Assembly (NCBI GenBank): GCA_010092885.1
Contig: JAADYX010000017.1
Location: 9,764-73,763, forward strand
Reading direction: 5' to 3'
Source: Chloroflexota bacterium
GTDB taxonomy: Bacteria > Chloroflexota > Anaerolineae > Aggregatilineales > UBA3940
DNA: 64,000 nucleotides
Under the pieces are notes generated by a model. That model saw only the letters and a program-made list of their open reading frames with translations, ran no database searches and was not told where the DNA came from. A program made the translations under genes and the position numbers. Shown here in pieces: positions 26,945 through 38,504 of this stretch; position 1 is the first letter of the stretch; the number at the start of each line of letters is the position of its first letter.

Positions 26945-28069
26945 GTGCGTATTCTATTCTTCACTGACAAGCTGACTCGTGGCGGCGCCGAAAAGCAAAT
27001 CGCGCAGCTTGCCCAGCCTCTACACGCAGCCGGACACACGATCTGCGTGATGACCATTCGACCCGAGGGATACTGGGCAGACTGGCTTAAACTGCAGGGC
27101 ATCCGCGTGGAACAACAGGATCTGGTGCTCTGGCACGAAGGGCGTGCTCGCTCCCTGCTGAAGATCGCACGGTTGGCCCTGGCTTTCCGCCGGTTCCGTC
27201 CCGATGTGGTGATCAGCAACAAGTACCATAACTCGATCTGGGCGATGCTGGCCGGCAGGCTGGCAGGCGTTCGGCTGCGGATCGCGTACCGGGTGGCCCT
27301 CTCATATGAGCAGCAGAATCTCCCTGCTCGACTGCGCCGGTTTTCCTACGATGCAACATCAGCCTTTGTCGGAAACAGCAAGGCTGTTATCGATAGCTTG
27401 GTCCAACGCGAGGGTGTTCCACAGGAACGCTGCCGCGTGATTTACCAGGCTGTCGAGACACCAACAGTGGATCCAGCCGATGGCGACGCCTTTCGGACCG
27501 AGTACGATATCCCCCCCGATGTAACCGTCATTGGTCTGCTGGCCAACCTGCATCCCATCAAGAACCATAGTATGCTCATCCGGGCGGTGGCCATGCTGTG
27601 CAGCGACTATCCGGATGTATGGAGTGTGTTCGCCGGGAACACGGATCAGGATCAGGCCTATACGCAGCACCTCAGGGCGGAGATTGAAACGCATGGTCTT
27701 GCGGACCGGGTTGTCCTAACCGGGCGTCTGAGTGATACACGCGGCTTTCTGGCTGCTATCGACATCGGTGTACTGTGTTCCCATGCCGAAGGGTTTAGCA
27801 ACGCCCTTCTTGAGTATATGGCGTATGGCAAGGTACCGGTTGCCACAGCAGTCGGTGGCAACCCGGAAGCCATAACGCACCGCGAGACAGGCTTTCTCAT
27901 TCCGCCAAACGATGACAAAGCTCTGGCCGAAACCCTTGCTGTACTGTTGAGCGATGACCGCCAGCGAGCACAAATCGGGCAGCAGGCGCGGCAGTATGTC
28001 GAAAAGACGTTCACAGCAGCACGTGAATATGAGCAATGGGCGACACTATTGGAGGTGCACAATGGCTGA
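26945..28069 (+). CDS. GT-B fold glycosyltransferase (GT4)
   Basis: GTG start, MRILFFTDKLTRGGAEKQ. CSHAEGFSNALLEYMAYGKVPVATAVGGNPEAITHRETGFL. Confidence 0.85.
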   Translation: MRILFFTDKLTRGGAEKQIAQLAQPLHAAGHTICVMTIRPEGYWADWLKLQGIRVEQQDLVLWHEGRARSLLKIARLALAFRRFRPDVVISNKYHNSIWAMLAGRLAGVRLRIAYRVALSYEQQNLPARLRRFSYDATSAFVGNSKAVIDSLVQREGVPQERCRVIYQAVETPTVDPADGDAFRTEYDIPPDVTVIGLLANLHPIKNHSMLIRAVAMLCSDYPDVWSVFAGNTDQDQAYTQHLRAEIETHGLADRVVLTGRLSDTRGFLAAIDIGVLCSHAEGFSNALLEYMAYGKVPVATAVGGNPEAITHRETGFLIPPNDDKALAETLAVLLSDDRQRAQIGQQARQYVEKTFTAAREYEQWATLLEVHNG

Positions 28070-28994
28070 GCTCGATATTATGGTATGCGCCTTTAACGAG
28101 GAAGAGAATCTGCCACGCCTGCTCAAGAGTTTGCAGGAGCAAACCGTATTGCCCGACCGGTTTCGCGTTGTACTGGTAGACAACAACTCGACTGATGATA
28201 CTGTCGCAGTGGCACAATCCTTTAAGGACAGTCTGCATATCGACATCTTCACTGAGCCACGTTCTGGGAAGAACTATGCGTGCAATACGGGTCTGGCGCA
28301 GTGCACAACACCTTATATTGCCTGCACAGATGCAGATGTGAAAGTTGAGACCGATTGGGTGGAGAAGATCCTTGCAATAGCCGAGCAGGATAGGCCACAC
28401 GCATTTTGTGGCCCTTACCGCCCTTACCATATTCAGGAACCACCTGAGTGGTACCGGCCAACATACAACAGCAAGGACCTTGGCGCTGAACCCCGTGATC
28501 TGCGGGAAAACGAATTTGTCAGTGGACCCAACATGGTGTGGCGGCGTGACGTTCTGGAACAGATTGACGGTTTCCGTGTGGATGTTGGCCTCGTAAAGCG
28601 AGGGTTGGCACGCGGTGACGAAACCAATGTGCAGGTGCGGGCTCAGCGTGAGATCCCTGGCTTTGTCTGTCGATGGTATCCAGAATTGGTGGTGTACCAT
28701 CTAACGCGTCCGGAGACTTACTCCTTATGGTATTGGACGCGCCGGATGCTGGCAATGGGCTATACACAGCATCAGGTCAACGAAAAGCGGCCAGAAGATG
28801 TGAGCAGCCTGCGTGCTGCTGCGCGTGCTCTTCGAGAGGCAGCACGCTATCTATACGACACGACGATAGGCACTCTACGCCGTGACCGCGACCGTTATCC
28901 TTATCCCCAGAACTACTACTACGAACACACGATGAAGCACCTATGGGAGCTGGGCGGACATCTGGCCCAGGTGACCAACCATGCTGCTCGATAA
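28062..28994 (+). CDS. GT-A fold glycosyltransferase (GT2)
   Basis: LDIMVCAFNEEENLPRLLKSLQEQTVLPDRFRVVLVDNNSTDDT and CTDADVKV (DxD). ATG 28062 overlaps the upstream gene by 8 nt. Confidence 0.85.
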   Translation: MAELDIMVCAFNEEENLPRLLKSLQEQTVLPDRFRVVLVDNNSTDDTVAVAQSFKDSLHIDIFTEPRSGKNYACNTGLAQCTTPYIACTDADVKVETDWVEKILAIAEQDRPHAFCGPYRPYHIQEPPEWYRPTYNSKDLGAEPRDLRENEFVSGPNMVWRRDVLEQIDGFRVDVGLVKRGLARGDETNVQVRAQREIPGFVCRWYPELVVYHLTRPETYSLWYWTRRMLAMGYTQHQVNEKRPEDVSSLRAAARALREAARYLYDTTIGTLRRDRDRYPYPQNYYYEHTMKHLWELGGHLAQVTNHAAR

Positions 28995-29745
28995 GATCCG
29001 CGAACGAGCTGACCGGGTCAGGCATTGGTGGTTGGCACGCGGCTACCGGCTGCCCGGCGGATACCGGCGTATCTATCACTACCACATCCGTAAGACAGCC
29101 GGAACCAGTGTGAATTTCATGTTCTATGGTCTGCGGGGAGAGAAACCCTACGATGTACACCAACGAATGGTCGACAGTCGGGGCAGATACACAGTCAGCG
29201 GCGGGTTGATCTTCAACGCGTGGCGCCCCGATCTTGCCCAGCGCGGACACTATTTCTACGCCTCGTCACATGCTCCAGCCTACAACCTCGCTCTACCAAC
29301 GGACACCTTCACGCTGACCTGTTTCCGCGATCCGCAGAAGCGCTTGATCTCGTTTTACAAAATGCTCGCGGCCTACCGGCGTGATAATGTGCAGCACCCC
29401 GTGATGGGTCAATACGGTCACCATCTGCAAGGGGGATTTGCCTCCTTTGTGCGTACACTGCCTGCTGAACGCATCAATGATCTGACGGCCATGTTTTCCC
29501 CCACGCTTGATCCGGATGAGGCCTTCGAGCGAGTCGCCGCGTGTTCCTGCATCCTTTTCGTGGAGGATCTGGAAGCCGGTGTGGCTGAATTGGCCCATAC
29601 GCTGGATCTGCCGCTTCAATTCCGCCATTCACGCCGTTCGCGCTATGAGTTCACTGAAGGCACCGATGAGGCCTTAAGCATTCTGCAAGACCGGCAGGCC
29701 CCGGATCGCGAACTGTATGCACGGGTGAAAGCTGCCTATGGCTGA
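28981..29745 (+). CDS. Sulfotransferase (family-2-like, HxxKTxGTS class)
   Basis: YHYHIRKTAGTSVNFMF (PAPS 5'-phosphosulfate loop of the family-2 type) and LTCFRDPQKRLISFY. Confidence 0.65.
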   Translation: MLLDKIRERADRVRHWWLARGYRLPGGYRRIYHYHIRKTAGTSVNFMFYGLRGEKPYDVHQRMVDSRGRYTVSGGLIFNAWRPDLAQRGHYFYASSHAPAYNLALPTDTFTLTCFRDPQKRLISFYKMLAAYRRDNVQHPVMGQYGHHLQGGFASFVRTLPAERINDLTAMFSPTLDPDEAFERVAACSCILFVEDLEAGVAELAHTLDLPLQFRHSRRSRYEFTEGTDEALSILQDRQAPDRELYARVKAAYG

Positions 29746-30769
29746 GCCGCGTGTTACGTTCGGCATCCTCGTTTTGAACGGTGAACCGTTCACCCGGTAT
29801 ACATTGCGCAGCCTTTACCCCTTCGCGCATGAGATCATCGTGGTAGAGGGCGCAACCCCTGCCGCGGCTAACATTGCCACCGCAGACGGCCACAGTCGCG
29901 ATGGTACATTGGATGTACTTCAGCGCTTCAAGGCGCAGGAGGACCCGGATGACAAACTTCAGTTAGTCATCCGCGATGGCTTTTGGTCGGAAAAAGACGA
30001 GATGTCACAGGCATATGCACGACGCGCAACCGGTAACTATCTGTGGCAGGTTGATATCGATGAGTTCTACCGGCCTGAGGACATGCGCCACATCCTGGCC
30101 ATGCTCGCTGCCGATCCGACGATTACTGCGATGTCCTTCAAACAGCTTACTTTTTGGGGTGCGCCTGACATTGTGGTGGACAGCTGGTTCCTACAGCGTG
30201 GCGCGGATGTCTATCACCGGTTGTTCAAATGGGCGCCGGGCTACACGTACGCCACCCATAGACCGCCGACTGCGCTGGACGAACGGGGTCACGATCTGCG
30301 CACCCAGCACTGGATCAGTGCGGATACGCTTGCTGGGCAGGGGATCTACCTCTATCACTACTCGCTGCTGTTTCCCAAGCAGGTGATCGAAAAGTGCGAT
30401 TACTATGCCCATGTCGATTGGACTGAGCGCAGTCAAGCGTTGGATTGGGCCGAGAATGCCTACCTCCATCTGAAGCAGCCTTTCCGGGTGCACAATGTGT
30501 ATGAGACCCCGGGTTGGCTAGAGCGCTACTCAGGGCCGCATCCAGCGCAGATCGAGGCGCTGTGGGCCGATATCCGGAGGGGTGATGTAACGGTCGAAAC
30601 CCGTGCGATGGATGATGTCGACCGGCTGCTGAGCCGCTGGTGGTATCGTCTGGGGCGGGCCATTCTGAAGCGTACCCAGCGCATCGACCAGCTCTTGCGA
30701 AGCGTGTGGCATCTGCTTGGTGCGCCGGTGCGCCTGGTCAACCGTCTTCGTCGAGCCGCAGCAGAATAG
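29738..30769 (+). CDS. GT2-like glycosyltransferase (divergent)
   Basis: VTFGILVLNGEPFTRYTLRSLYPFAHEIIVVEGA...SRDGTLDVL and WQVDIDEFY (DxD-like). Last gene of the operon. Its 3' end overlaps the convergent TPR gene by 32 nt. Confidence 0.55.
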   Translation: MAEPRVTFGILVLNGEPFTRYTLRSLYPFAHEIIVVEGATPAAANIATADGHSRDGTLDVLQRFKAQEDPDDKLQLVIRDGFWSEKDEMSQAYARRATGNYLWQVDIDEFYRPEDMRHILAMLAADPTITAMSFKQLTFWGAPDIVVDSWFLQRGADVYHRLFKWAPGYTYATHRPPTALDERGHDLRTQHWISADTLAGQGIYLYHYSLLFPKQVIEKCDYYAHVDWTERSQALDWAENAYLHLKQPFRVHNVYETPGWLERYSGPHPAQIEALWADIRRGDVTVETRAMDDVDRLLSRWWYRLGRAILKRTQRIDQLLRSVWHLLGAPVRLVNRLRRAAAE

Positions 30770-32507
30770 TACGGGCACGGCTCACTGACCCGATCGTCCA
30801 CAGGGGGCGGTCAACAAGTGCATCAGGGTCAGCAAACACCTCATCGCGGCGAATGGCTTCCTGGTAAGCACGTTCGGCCTCATCACGTAGAAAGTTGGCG
30901 TCCAGGCAGATAGCCAGCAGCGCGTATGTGTCTCCCTCCTCCAGATCGCCGTTGACAGCACCTGTGGCAGCTTCCAGCGCGTCAGCGTATTGACCCAGGT
31001 CATAGAGGGCGAAGCCCATCCGGTAGAACAGCAGCGGATTGCCCGCTCCGAGCACGATGGCCTGCCGGTAGTCCCGCACAGCCCCCACCATAGCACGGAT
31101 GTTGTGACGGCTCCAGGCACGGTTGGCATATACCTCCGCTGTCTCGACACCCAACCGAATCGCATCGTCATAGGCCACCGACGCCTCACGGTACGCCTCA
31201 CCAGCCAACAGCACATCACCGATGACCGCGTAGGCACGGCCTGCCTCCGGATCAAGGATAAGCACTTCCTCAGCCAGGCGTTGTGCTTCACGCAGATCGT
31301 TTTGCTCCAACCGGATCTCCGCCTGCTCAAGCAGTGGTTGTGCATTCTCGGGGGCGAGGTCAGCAGCCTCGCCAAATACATCGTAGGCTTCTGCCAGCTC
31401 GCCGGCGCGCCGCAGTGCCAAGCCCCTCGCGATGTACAACTGAGGATCGTCAGGCCGCAGCACAATCAGATCCGCGTACACACGGGCACTGTCTTGGGGC
31501 CGCTCCAACTGATCATAGGCAAACGCGAGATTATGAAGGGCATCCGGCAGGTTGGGGGCCATTTGGGCGGCGGCTTGTAGGTCGGGCAAGGCAGTGGCCA
31601 GCTCATCGCGGTTGATATACGCTCGCAGTGTGAGCACAGCTGGTGTCTCACCCAACGATTCCTCAACTGCTTGTAGGGTCGCCACACCGAAGACCGCCTG
31701 GTTGAAGTCTAACAGAGGAGTTTCGACTCCCAACCCGACCGCCTGCTCATATGCCGCCAGGGCGGCATTGGCATCGCCCAGCCGGAAATACACATTTCCC
31801 CGACCAACTATGGAAGCGGCGAGATCCGGACTGCGGCGGATCGATTGGCTGTACAGTTCCAGCGCGGTCGTGAGCTCACCTTCCGCGGCGGCCAGGCGAG
31901 CCAATGTGAAATCATACAACGCGAATGCCGTTGAAGGCACTTCCCCCGGTCGCCTGGCCGCCTCAATACGTAGGGCACGTACCTGCTCACGGGATTGTGT
32001 CACCTGTCCGTCCCGCAGCAGTAGTAAAGCAACGAGATAGCGAGCGGCCTCATCTGGAGTGCCCGGCAGGGGAGTGATCAATGGGGCATCGATCTCCCAT
32101 GGCACAGGCGGCTGATCCAGCCGCAGCAGCGGCGGCTCACCGGCAACAGCCGTCACCAGATAGCTGCCAGGGTCTACCTCTCGCAGTGAGAAATGCGCTC
32201 GCGGATCATCCTCAAGGACGACGGCTTCATCGGCCATGCCGGCTGCCGCCAGAGCCTCCCGCACGGATTCGATCAGGTGCGTGTCGGTCGCAATGATGTA
32301 GGCCGCGCCCCCAGCTGGATCCGGTGTTGCCGTTGGCGGAGGAGTGGGTGAGGGTAGTGGTGAAGCCGGGATCAGGGTGGGCCGCGGCGTGACGGTGGGA
32401 CCAAAAGCAGGCCGTTCCTGCACCGCTTGTGAAAGCAGCAAACCGGCTGCCACCAGACTGGCAATCAGAAAGAGGGCCGCCAAAGCCGGGATCTGTCGCT
32501 GGTTCAT
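30738..32507 (-). CDS. Membrane-anchored TPR-repeat protein
   Basis: N-terminal TM IPALAALFLIASLVAAGLLL. Pro-rich linker. Many 34-aa Ala/Tyr/Leu repeats. ATGA overlap with the upstream transporter-fusion gene. Confidence 0.75.
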   Translation of the reverse strand: MNQRQIPALAALFLIASLVAAGLLLSQAVQERPAFGPTVTPRPTLIPASPLPSPTPPPTATPDPAGGAAYIIATDTHLIESVREALAAAGMADEAVVLEDDPRAHFSLREVDPGSYLVTAVAGEPPLLRLDQPPVPWEIDAPLITPLPGTPDEAARYLVALLLLRDGQVTQSREQVRALRIEAARRPGEVPSTAFALYDFTLARLAAAEGELTTALELYSQSIRRSPDLAASIVGRGNVYFRLGDANAALAAYEQAVGLGVETPLLDFNQAVFGVATLQAVEESLGETPAVLTLRAYINRDELATALPDLQAAAQMAPNLPDALHNLAFAYDQLERPQDSARVYADLIVLRPDDPQLYIARGLALRRAGELAEAYDVFGEAADLAPENAQPLLEQAEIRLEQNDLREAQRLAEEVLILDPEAGRAYAVIGDVLLAGEAYREASVAYDDAIRLGVETAEVYANRAWSRHNIRAMVGAVRDYRQAIVLGAGNPLLFYRMGFALYDLGQYADALEAATGAVNGDLEEGDTYALLAICLDANFLRDEAERAYQEAIRRDEVFADPDALVDRPLWTIGSVSRARTILLRLDEDG

Positions 32508-35500
32508 TCGTTTTGTTGTAACCGGATGCCTTCTACGACGAACAACCGCACCATAATGTCGCGCTGTACGTTGGCATTGAGCTGGTCTTCCAAAGCGAGG
32601 ATGTCAGCATTTTCGACCTCGCCGGAGACATAGACCGTGCCCTCAATTTCAATGGACTGCAATCCGAATTGGAATTGGATGTCCACCAGCTCGACATCAT
32701 CGCCCCATTCCTGGATTGTTTCTGTGATGATGGTCTCACTGGCACTGCGGATGCTGTCCTGCCGGACTTGATTGTAGAGGATGAGGCCCAGCGGAATGCT
32801 GATGATCAGCAGGATAATCAGCGAGAAGCGCAGACCCTGCTGCAGCTGCCGCTGACGGTTTTCGCGCTCCGGAGGGCGGACACCCAGCAGTAGGAAGATG
32901 AAGGCCGCTGCCACAATAATCGAGAAGAGGTTGGTTGTAAACAGCAGCAGCGCGCCCAACGCCAGTTCAATACGGCCCAATGCTATCCCGATGCCAATCG
33001 TGCAGATCGGTGGCATCAACGCGGCCGCAATCGCGACGCCGGGCAGTGCCTCACCTACCTCACGCCGTCCTATTGCATATGCTCCCGCCGCCCCGGAAAT
33101 CAGGGCGACGAGCATATCCAATAGGGTGGGCTGCGTGCGGGCCAGAACCTCCGGGGTGGCAGAGGCCAACGGTGAGATCAACGTGAGGAGGATGGCAAAG
33201 AACACCGATGCCAGCAGACCCTGCAGGGTTGCCGTCAGACCCTTGCGAAACGTCTTGATATCGCCCCGGGTGATGCCGATCCCAGCAGCCACAATGGGGC
33301 TCATCAGTGGGGCGACGAGCATTGCGCCGATGATCACCGCAGCACTGTTAAGCAGCAGCCCCAAAGTTGCGATCATGGCGGAAAGGAAGATGAGCACAAA
33401 GTAGTTCACGCTGGGCAGCGCTGCCGACCGCATCCGCTCAACGAGATCGACCTGCTCATCCATGGTGAGCGTGGGCAGCAGATCCGAGACGGACTCAAAC
33501 GTGCGGCGTGTGACCATACTGCCGAATCCAGTGAAGTGCCGGACAAGGGCGACCGGCTTGCCAGACCGGCGGGCAACCTGCAGTTGGAGCTCCCCAAAGA
33601 TGTGACGCTCAATGATGCCAGAGCGCGTCTCACTGGCTCCCATCAGGATCACATCATGGTCTTCAGCCACTTCCAGAATGCCCTCAATGGGACTGTCCGC
33701 CCGCTGGACACGGGGCACAAGCCGCTCATCGCGCTCGAGCTGGGATGTGATCTGGCTGAGGGCCTCTTCGCCTCGTGCGACATCGCTGCTTGTCGCGCGC
33801 TCACGGACGACATTCAGAAGGGTAACCTCACCGCCGTTCTCTGCTGTCAGTGACAATCCCAGATCAGCAGCAACCGGTGCGTGCGGCCCACCTGCCACCG
33901 GCACGAGTGCGCGCCGGGGACTTTCGTGCCAGTCACCATGGAGAATCACCACGTCGCAGGGTGCATTTTCCAGAATCTCCTCCAGCAGAGCACCCATCTT
34001 CTCACTGAGCTCCTGCTCCGGGCCACCATGCCACCCCATGACCACAAGCGATGCATTTTCCTCATTGATGGTATCGATGATGCCCTGCGCCGTCCGCCGT
34101 GAAAGTCGGGTAACGCCTTCAACCGGCACACCATAGGTCTGGGCATCCTGAAGCGACTGGTTCAATACACTGAGGCTGGCTTCCGCTTCGGAGCGGGCTG
34201 AGGTGAGCGCTTCATCCTCCGGCACGGGGATCACCTGCACAATTGTCAGATGCCCGTTGTATGCGCGGGCTGCCTCTGCGGCGAAACGTACCAGTCCGCT
34301 GGCTGTAGCCGGGTTGGCGACAGGCACGATAACCGGGTACGTGGAGGTGACATTGAGCAGCTCGTCCTGGAACACCGTCACGCCGAGCTGCTGCTCGCGC
34401 ATCTGCTCGCGCCCGTACTGCAAATACATCAATCCGCTGAGTGCGAGCCATCCGATCCCAATGAGCAGCGCATCAAAAGAGAGGGCGAAATACAACAGGA
34501 ATACGATCGCAGCTCCCGTCGCCTGGATGCTCGGCCACAGCGGTAGGATCACACTCCGGTTGGCGGCGCGCTTCTGCCGGGCGAGAAAAACAGCCGTGAT
34601 GTTCACGATCAGCTGCAAAGTCAGGATCACAAAGGCAGCGATCTTTGCCAGCAGAACCGGATCATTAATCAAGGAGGCACCCGCCGCAAGCAGGGCCATC
34701 AGCGCGAGCAGGCGTCCCGGGGTGGCCAGACGCTTGTCACGCTTGAGCACCCAGCGCGCAAAACAGCCGTCAATGCCGATCTGCTGAAGTTGGCGCAGAC
34801 TGACCTCACTGAAGACATGCAGCAGCACCAGCATCATACCGATTGAGAAAGCGAGGAACACCTGGCGGCCTGCTCCGGGCAGAACCGTTTCTGCGATACC
34901 GGGCAGCGAACGCGCCGGGATGAGCGACCACACGACAAGTGCGGCGGCACCGGTGGCTAACAAACCGCCCATCGTGTTGATGGCACGCTCACTGGGGGAG
35001 GGGGCTCGCAGCCCTTGCAAGGATGAGGTTGTCTCCAAGATCCACATGCTGGCGACAGCAATGCCAATCGCCTCAAAAAACCGTCCCCCGCCGGAGATGA
35101 GCTCGGTGCGTTCAAGCTCGCCGAAAACAAACTGACCTACCAGCAGCGACACGGTCACCAGGATCAACACGATCAGGACGATGACCAACAGATAGCTGAA
35201 CTGCCATGCCGGGCGCACCCGCAGGAACAACAGCATGAGAAGGACAGTCACCACAACGGCGGCAATCACGCCTGCGCTGAGGGCCGTATCGACATAGAGG
35301 TTGGCCAAGCGGACCACATGCTGGCCGATGCTGGTCGCGATCAGGCCGGAGACCGCCGCCCATCCCAGCAGGTACAGCCACCCGGAAAGAAACGATACAT
35401 TGTTGCGCTCTACCGCTTTGATGATCCGATAGCTGCCGCCGCCTGGCAGCATCCAGCTGCGAATCTCAATGTGACTGAGGAGTGTGGGAAGGAAAAGAAA

Positions 35501-35680
35501 CCCAACGGAGAGGTAGACCCATCCGGTGTTCTGACCGGCTGGGCCAGTTAGCGAGTCGTAGAGACTCAGCAGACCGATAACCAACCAGAGGCCCGCGCCC
35601 AAGACAAGCTGACGCGCCCCTCCTAACTGAAAGCTGCGCCGCAGCGAAACCGGCGCGTTAATCGTTGACTCGTCGCTCAC
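32504..35680 (-). CDS. Fusion protein: APC-family permease + two universal stress protein (USP) domains + DUF389 membrane domain
   Basis: aa ~25-425: APC-like (PGGGGSYRIIKAV...FLSGWLYLLGW, about 12 helices). aa ~447-716: two USP-like modules (YPVIVPVANP...LVVMGWHG; ALVPVAGGPH...VILMGASE). aa ~755-1058: DUF389-like (AVIIGAMLVAPLMSPIVAAGIGI). GTG start with GGGAGG SD. Confidence 0.75.
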   Translation of the reverse strand: MSDESTINAPVSLRRSFQLGGARQLVLGAGLWLVIGLLSLYDSLTGPAGQNTGWVYLSVGFLFLPTLLSHIEIRSWMLPGGGSYRIIKAVERNNVSFLSGWLYLLGWAAVSGLIATSIGQHVVRLANLYVDTALSAGVIAAVVVTVLLMLLFLRVRPAWQFSYLLVIVLIVLILVTVSLLVGQFVFGELERTELISGGGRFFEAIGIAVASMWILETTSSLQGLRAPSPSERAINTMGGLLATGAAALVVWSLIPARSLPGIAETVLPGAGRQVFLAFSIGMMLVLLHVFSEVSLRQLQQIGIDGCFARWVLKRDKRLATPGRLLALMALLAAGASLINDPVLLAKIAAFVILTLQLIVNITAVFLARQKRAANRSVILPLWPSIQATGAAIVFLLYFALSFDALLIGIGWLALSGLMYLQYGREQMREQQLGVTVFQDELLNVTSTYPVIVPVANPATASGLVRFAAEAARAYNGHLTIVQVIPVPEDEALTSARSEAEASLSVLNQSLQDAQTYGVPVEGVTRLSRRTAQGIIDTINEENASLVVMGWHGGPEQELSEKMGALLEEILENAPCDVVILHGDWHESPRRALVPVAGGPHAPVAADLGLSLTAENGGEVTLLNVVRERATSSDVARGEEALSQITSQLERDERLVPRVQRADSPIEGILEVAEDHDVILMGASETRSGIIERHIFGELQLQVARRSGKPVALVRHFTGFGSMVTRRTFESVSDLLPTLTMDEQVDLVERMRSAALPSVNYFVLIFLSAMIATLGLLLNSAAVIIGAMLVAPLMSPIVAAGIGITRGDIKTFRKGLTATLQGLLASVFFAILLTLISPLASATPEVLARTQPTLLDMLVALISGAAGAYAIGRREVGEALPGVAIAAALMPPICTIGIGIALGRIELALGALLLFTTNLFSIIVAAAFIFLLLGVRPPERENRQRQLQQGLRFSLIILLIISIPLGLILYNQVRQDSIRSASETIITETIQEWGDDVELVDIQFQFGLQSIEIEGTVYVSGEVENADILALEDQLNANVQRDIMVRLFVVEGIRLQQNE

Positions 35681-35705
35681 AGCACCTGCCTCCCAGTTCG
35701 CCTAA

Positions 35706-35734
35706 ACATTACAGTATCGGATAAGTCCTGTCAA
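35706..35734 (-). promoter_or_regulatory. Sigma-70-type promoter of the permease-USP-DUF389 gene
   Basis: Minus strand TTGACA (35729-35734), exactly 17 nt, TAATGT (35706-35711). The SD and GTG start follow within about 25 nt. Confidence 0.5.
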
Positions 35735-35741
35735 AACCAGC

Positions 35742-35771
35742 TTGACTTGGCTCAAAGCCTCATGGTAAGAT
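35742..35771 (+). promoter_or_regulatory. Divergent promoter toward the roadblock gene and pyrG
   Basis: TTGACT (35742-35747), 18-nt spacer, extended -10 TGgTAAGAT (35763-35771). Confidence 0.4.
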
Positions 35772-35949
35772 TCACGCGGTCTTTGCCATCCATTGTCCCC
35801 GTGTATTTCTTACTGTATGGATCGGGGCTATGTATGGTACACTATCCACTATGAAGCATTGGGGGCGCACAGCCGCGCTTCCTGTGAAACTCCCTTTGAC
35901 AGATGACTACCATCCCACGCAGGTGGGCAAAAAAAGGAGTTCAGGTCCG

Positions 35950-36310
35950 ATGGCGAAATCGCGCACAGAAATGATGGAAGAGCGTCTGCGCAGTCTGGCG
36001 CAGACAGAAGGCATCGAGGCTTCGGCGGTGGTCAGTATCGACGGTCTGACCATGGCTTCCGCCCTGCCAGCAAACGTGGAGGAGGACCGGGTCTCCGCGA
36101 TGTCTGCCGCGATGCTGTCACTCGGTGAGCGTATCGCCAGTGAGTTGGGCCGTGGTATGCTGGAGCAGGTGTATATTCAGGGCGGTCAGGGCAGTGTGCT
36201 CGTCATGGCAGTAGGTGAAGAAGCTGTCCTCACTGTGATGACAACCAAAGAAGCCCGCCTTGGTCTGGTTCTGCTTGATATGCGCCGCGCATCCGAAGAG
36301 CTGGCAAAAC

Positions 36311-36318
<8 letters not shown>
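35950..36318 (+). CDS. Roadblock/LC7 (MglB-like) domain protein
   Basis: 122 aa from MAKSRTEMMEERLRSL, with EGIEASAVVSIDGLTMAS...GSVLVMAVGEEAVLTVM typical of the family. AAGGAG lies 11 nt upstream. Longer starts (35830, 35851) are possible. Confidence 0.6.
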
Positions 36319-38484
<2,166 letters not shown>

Positions 38485-38504
<20 letters not shown>

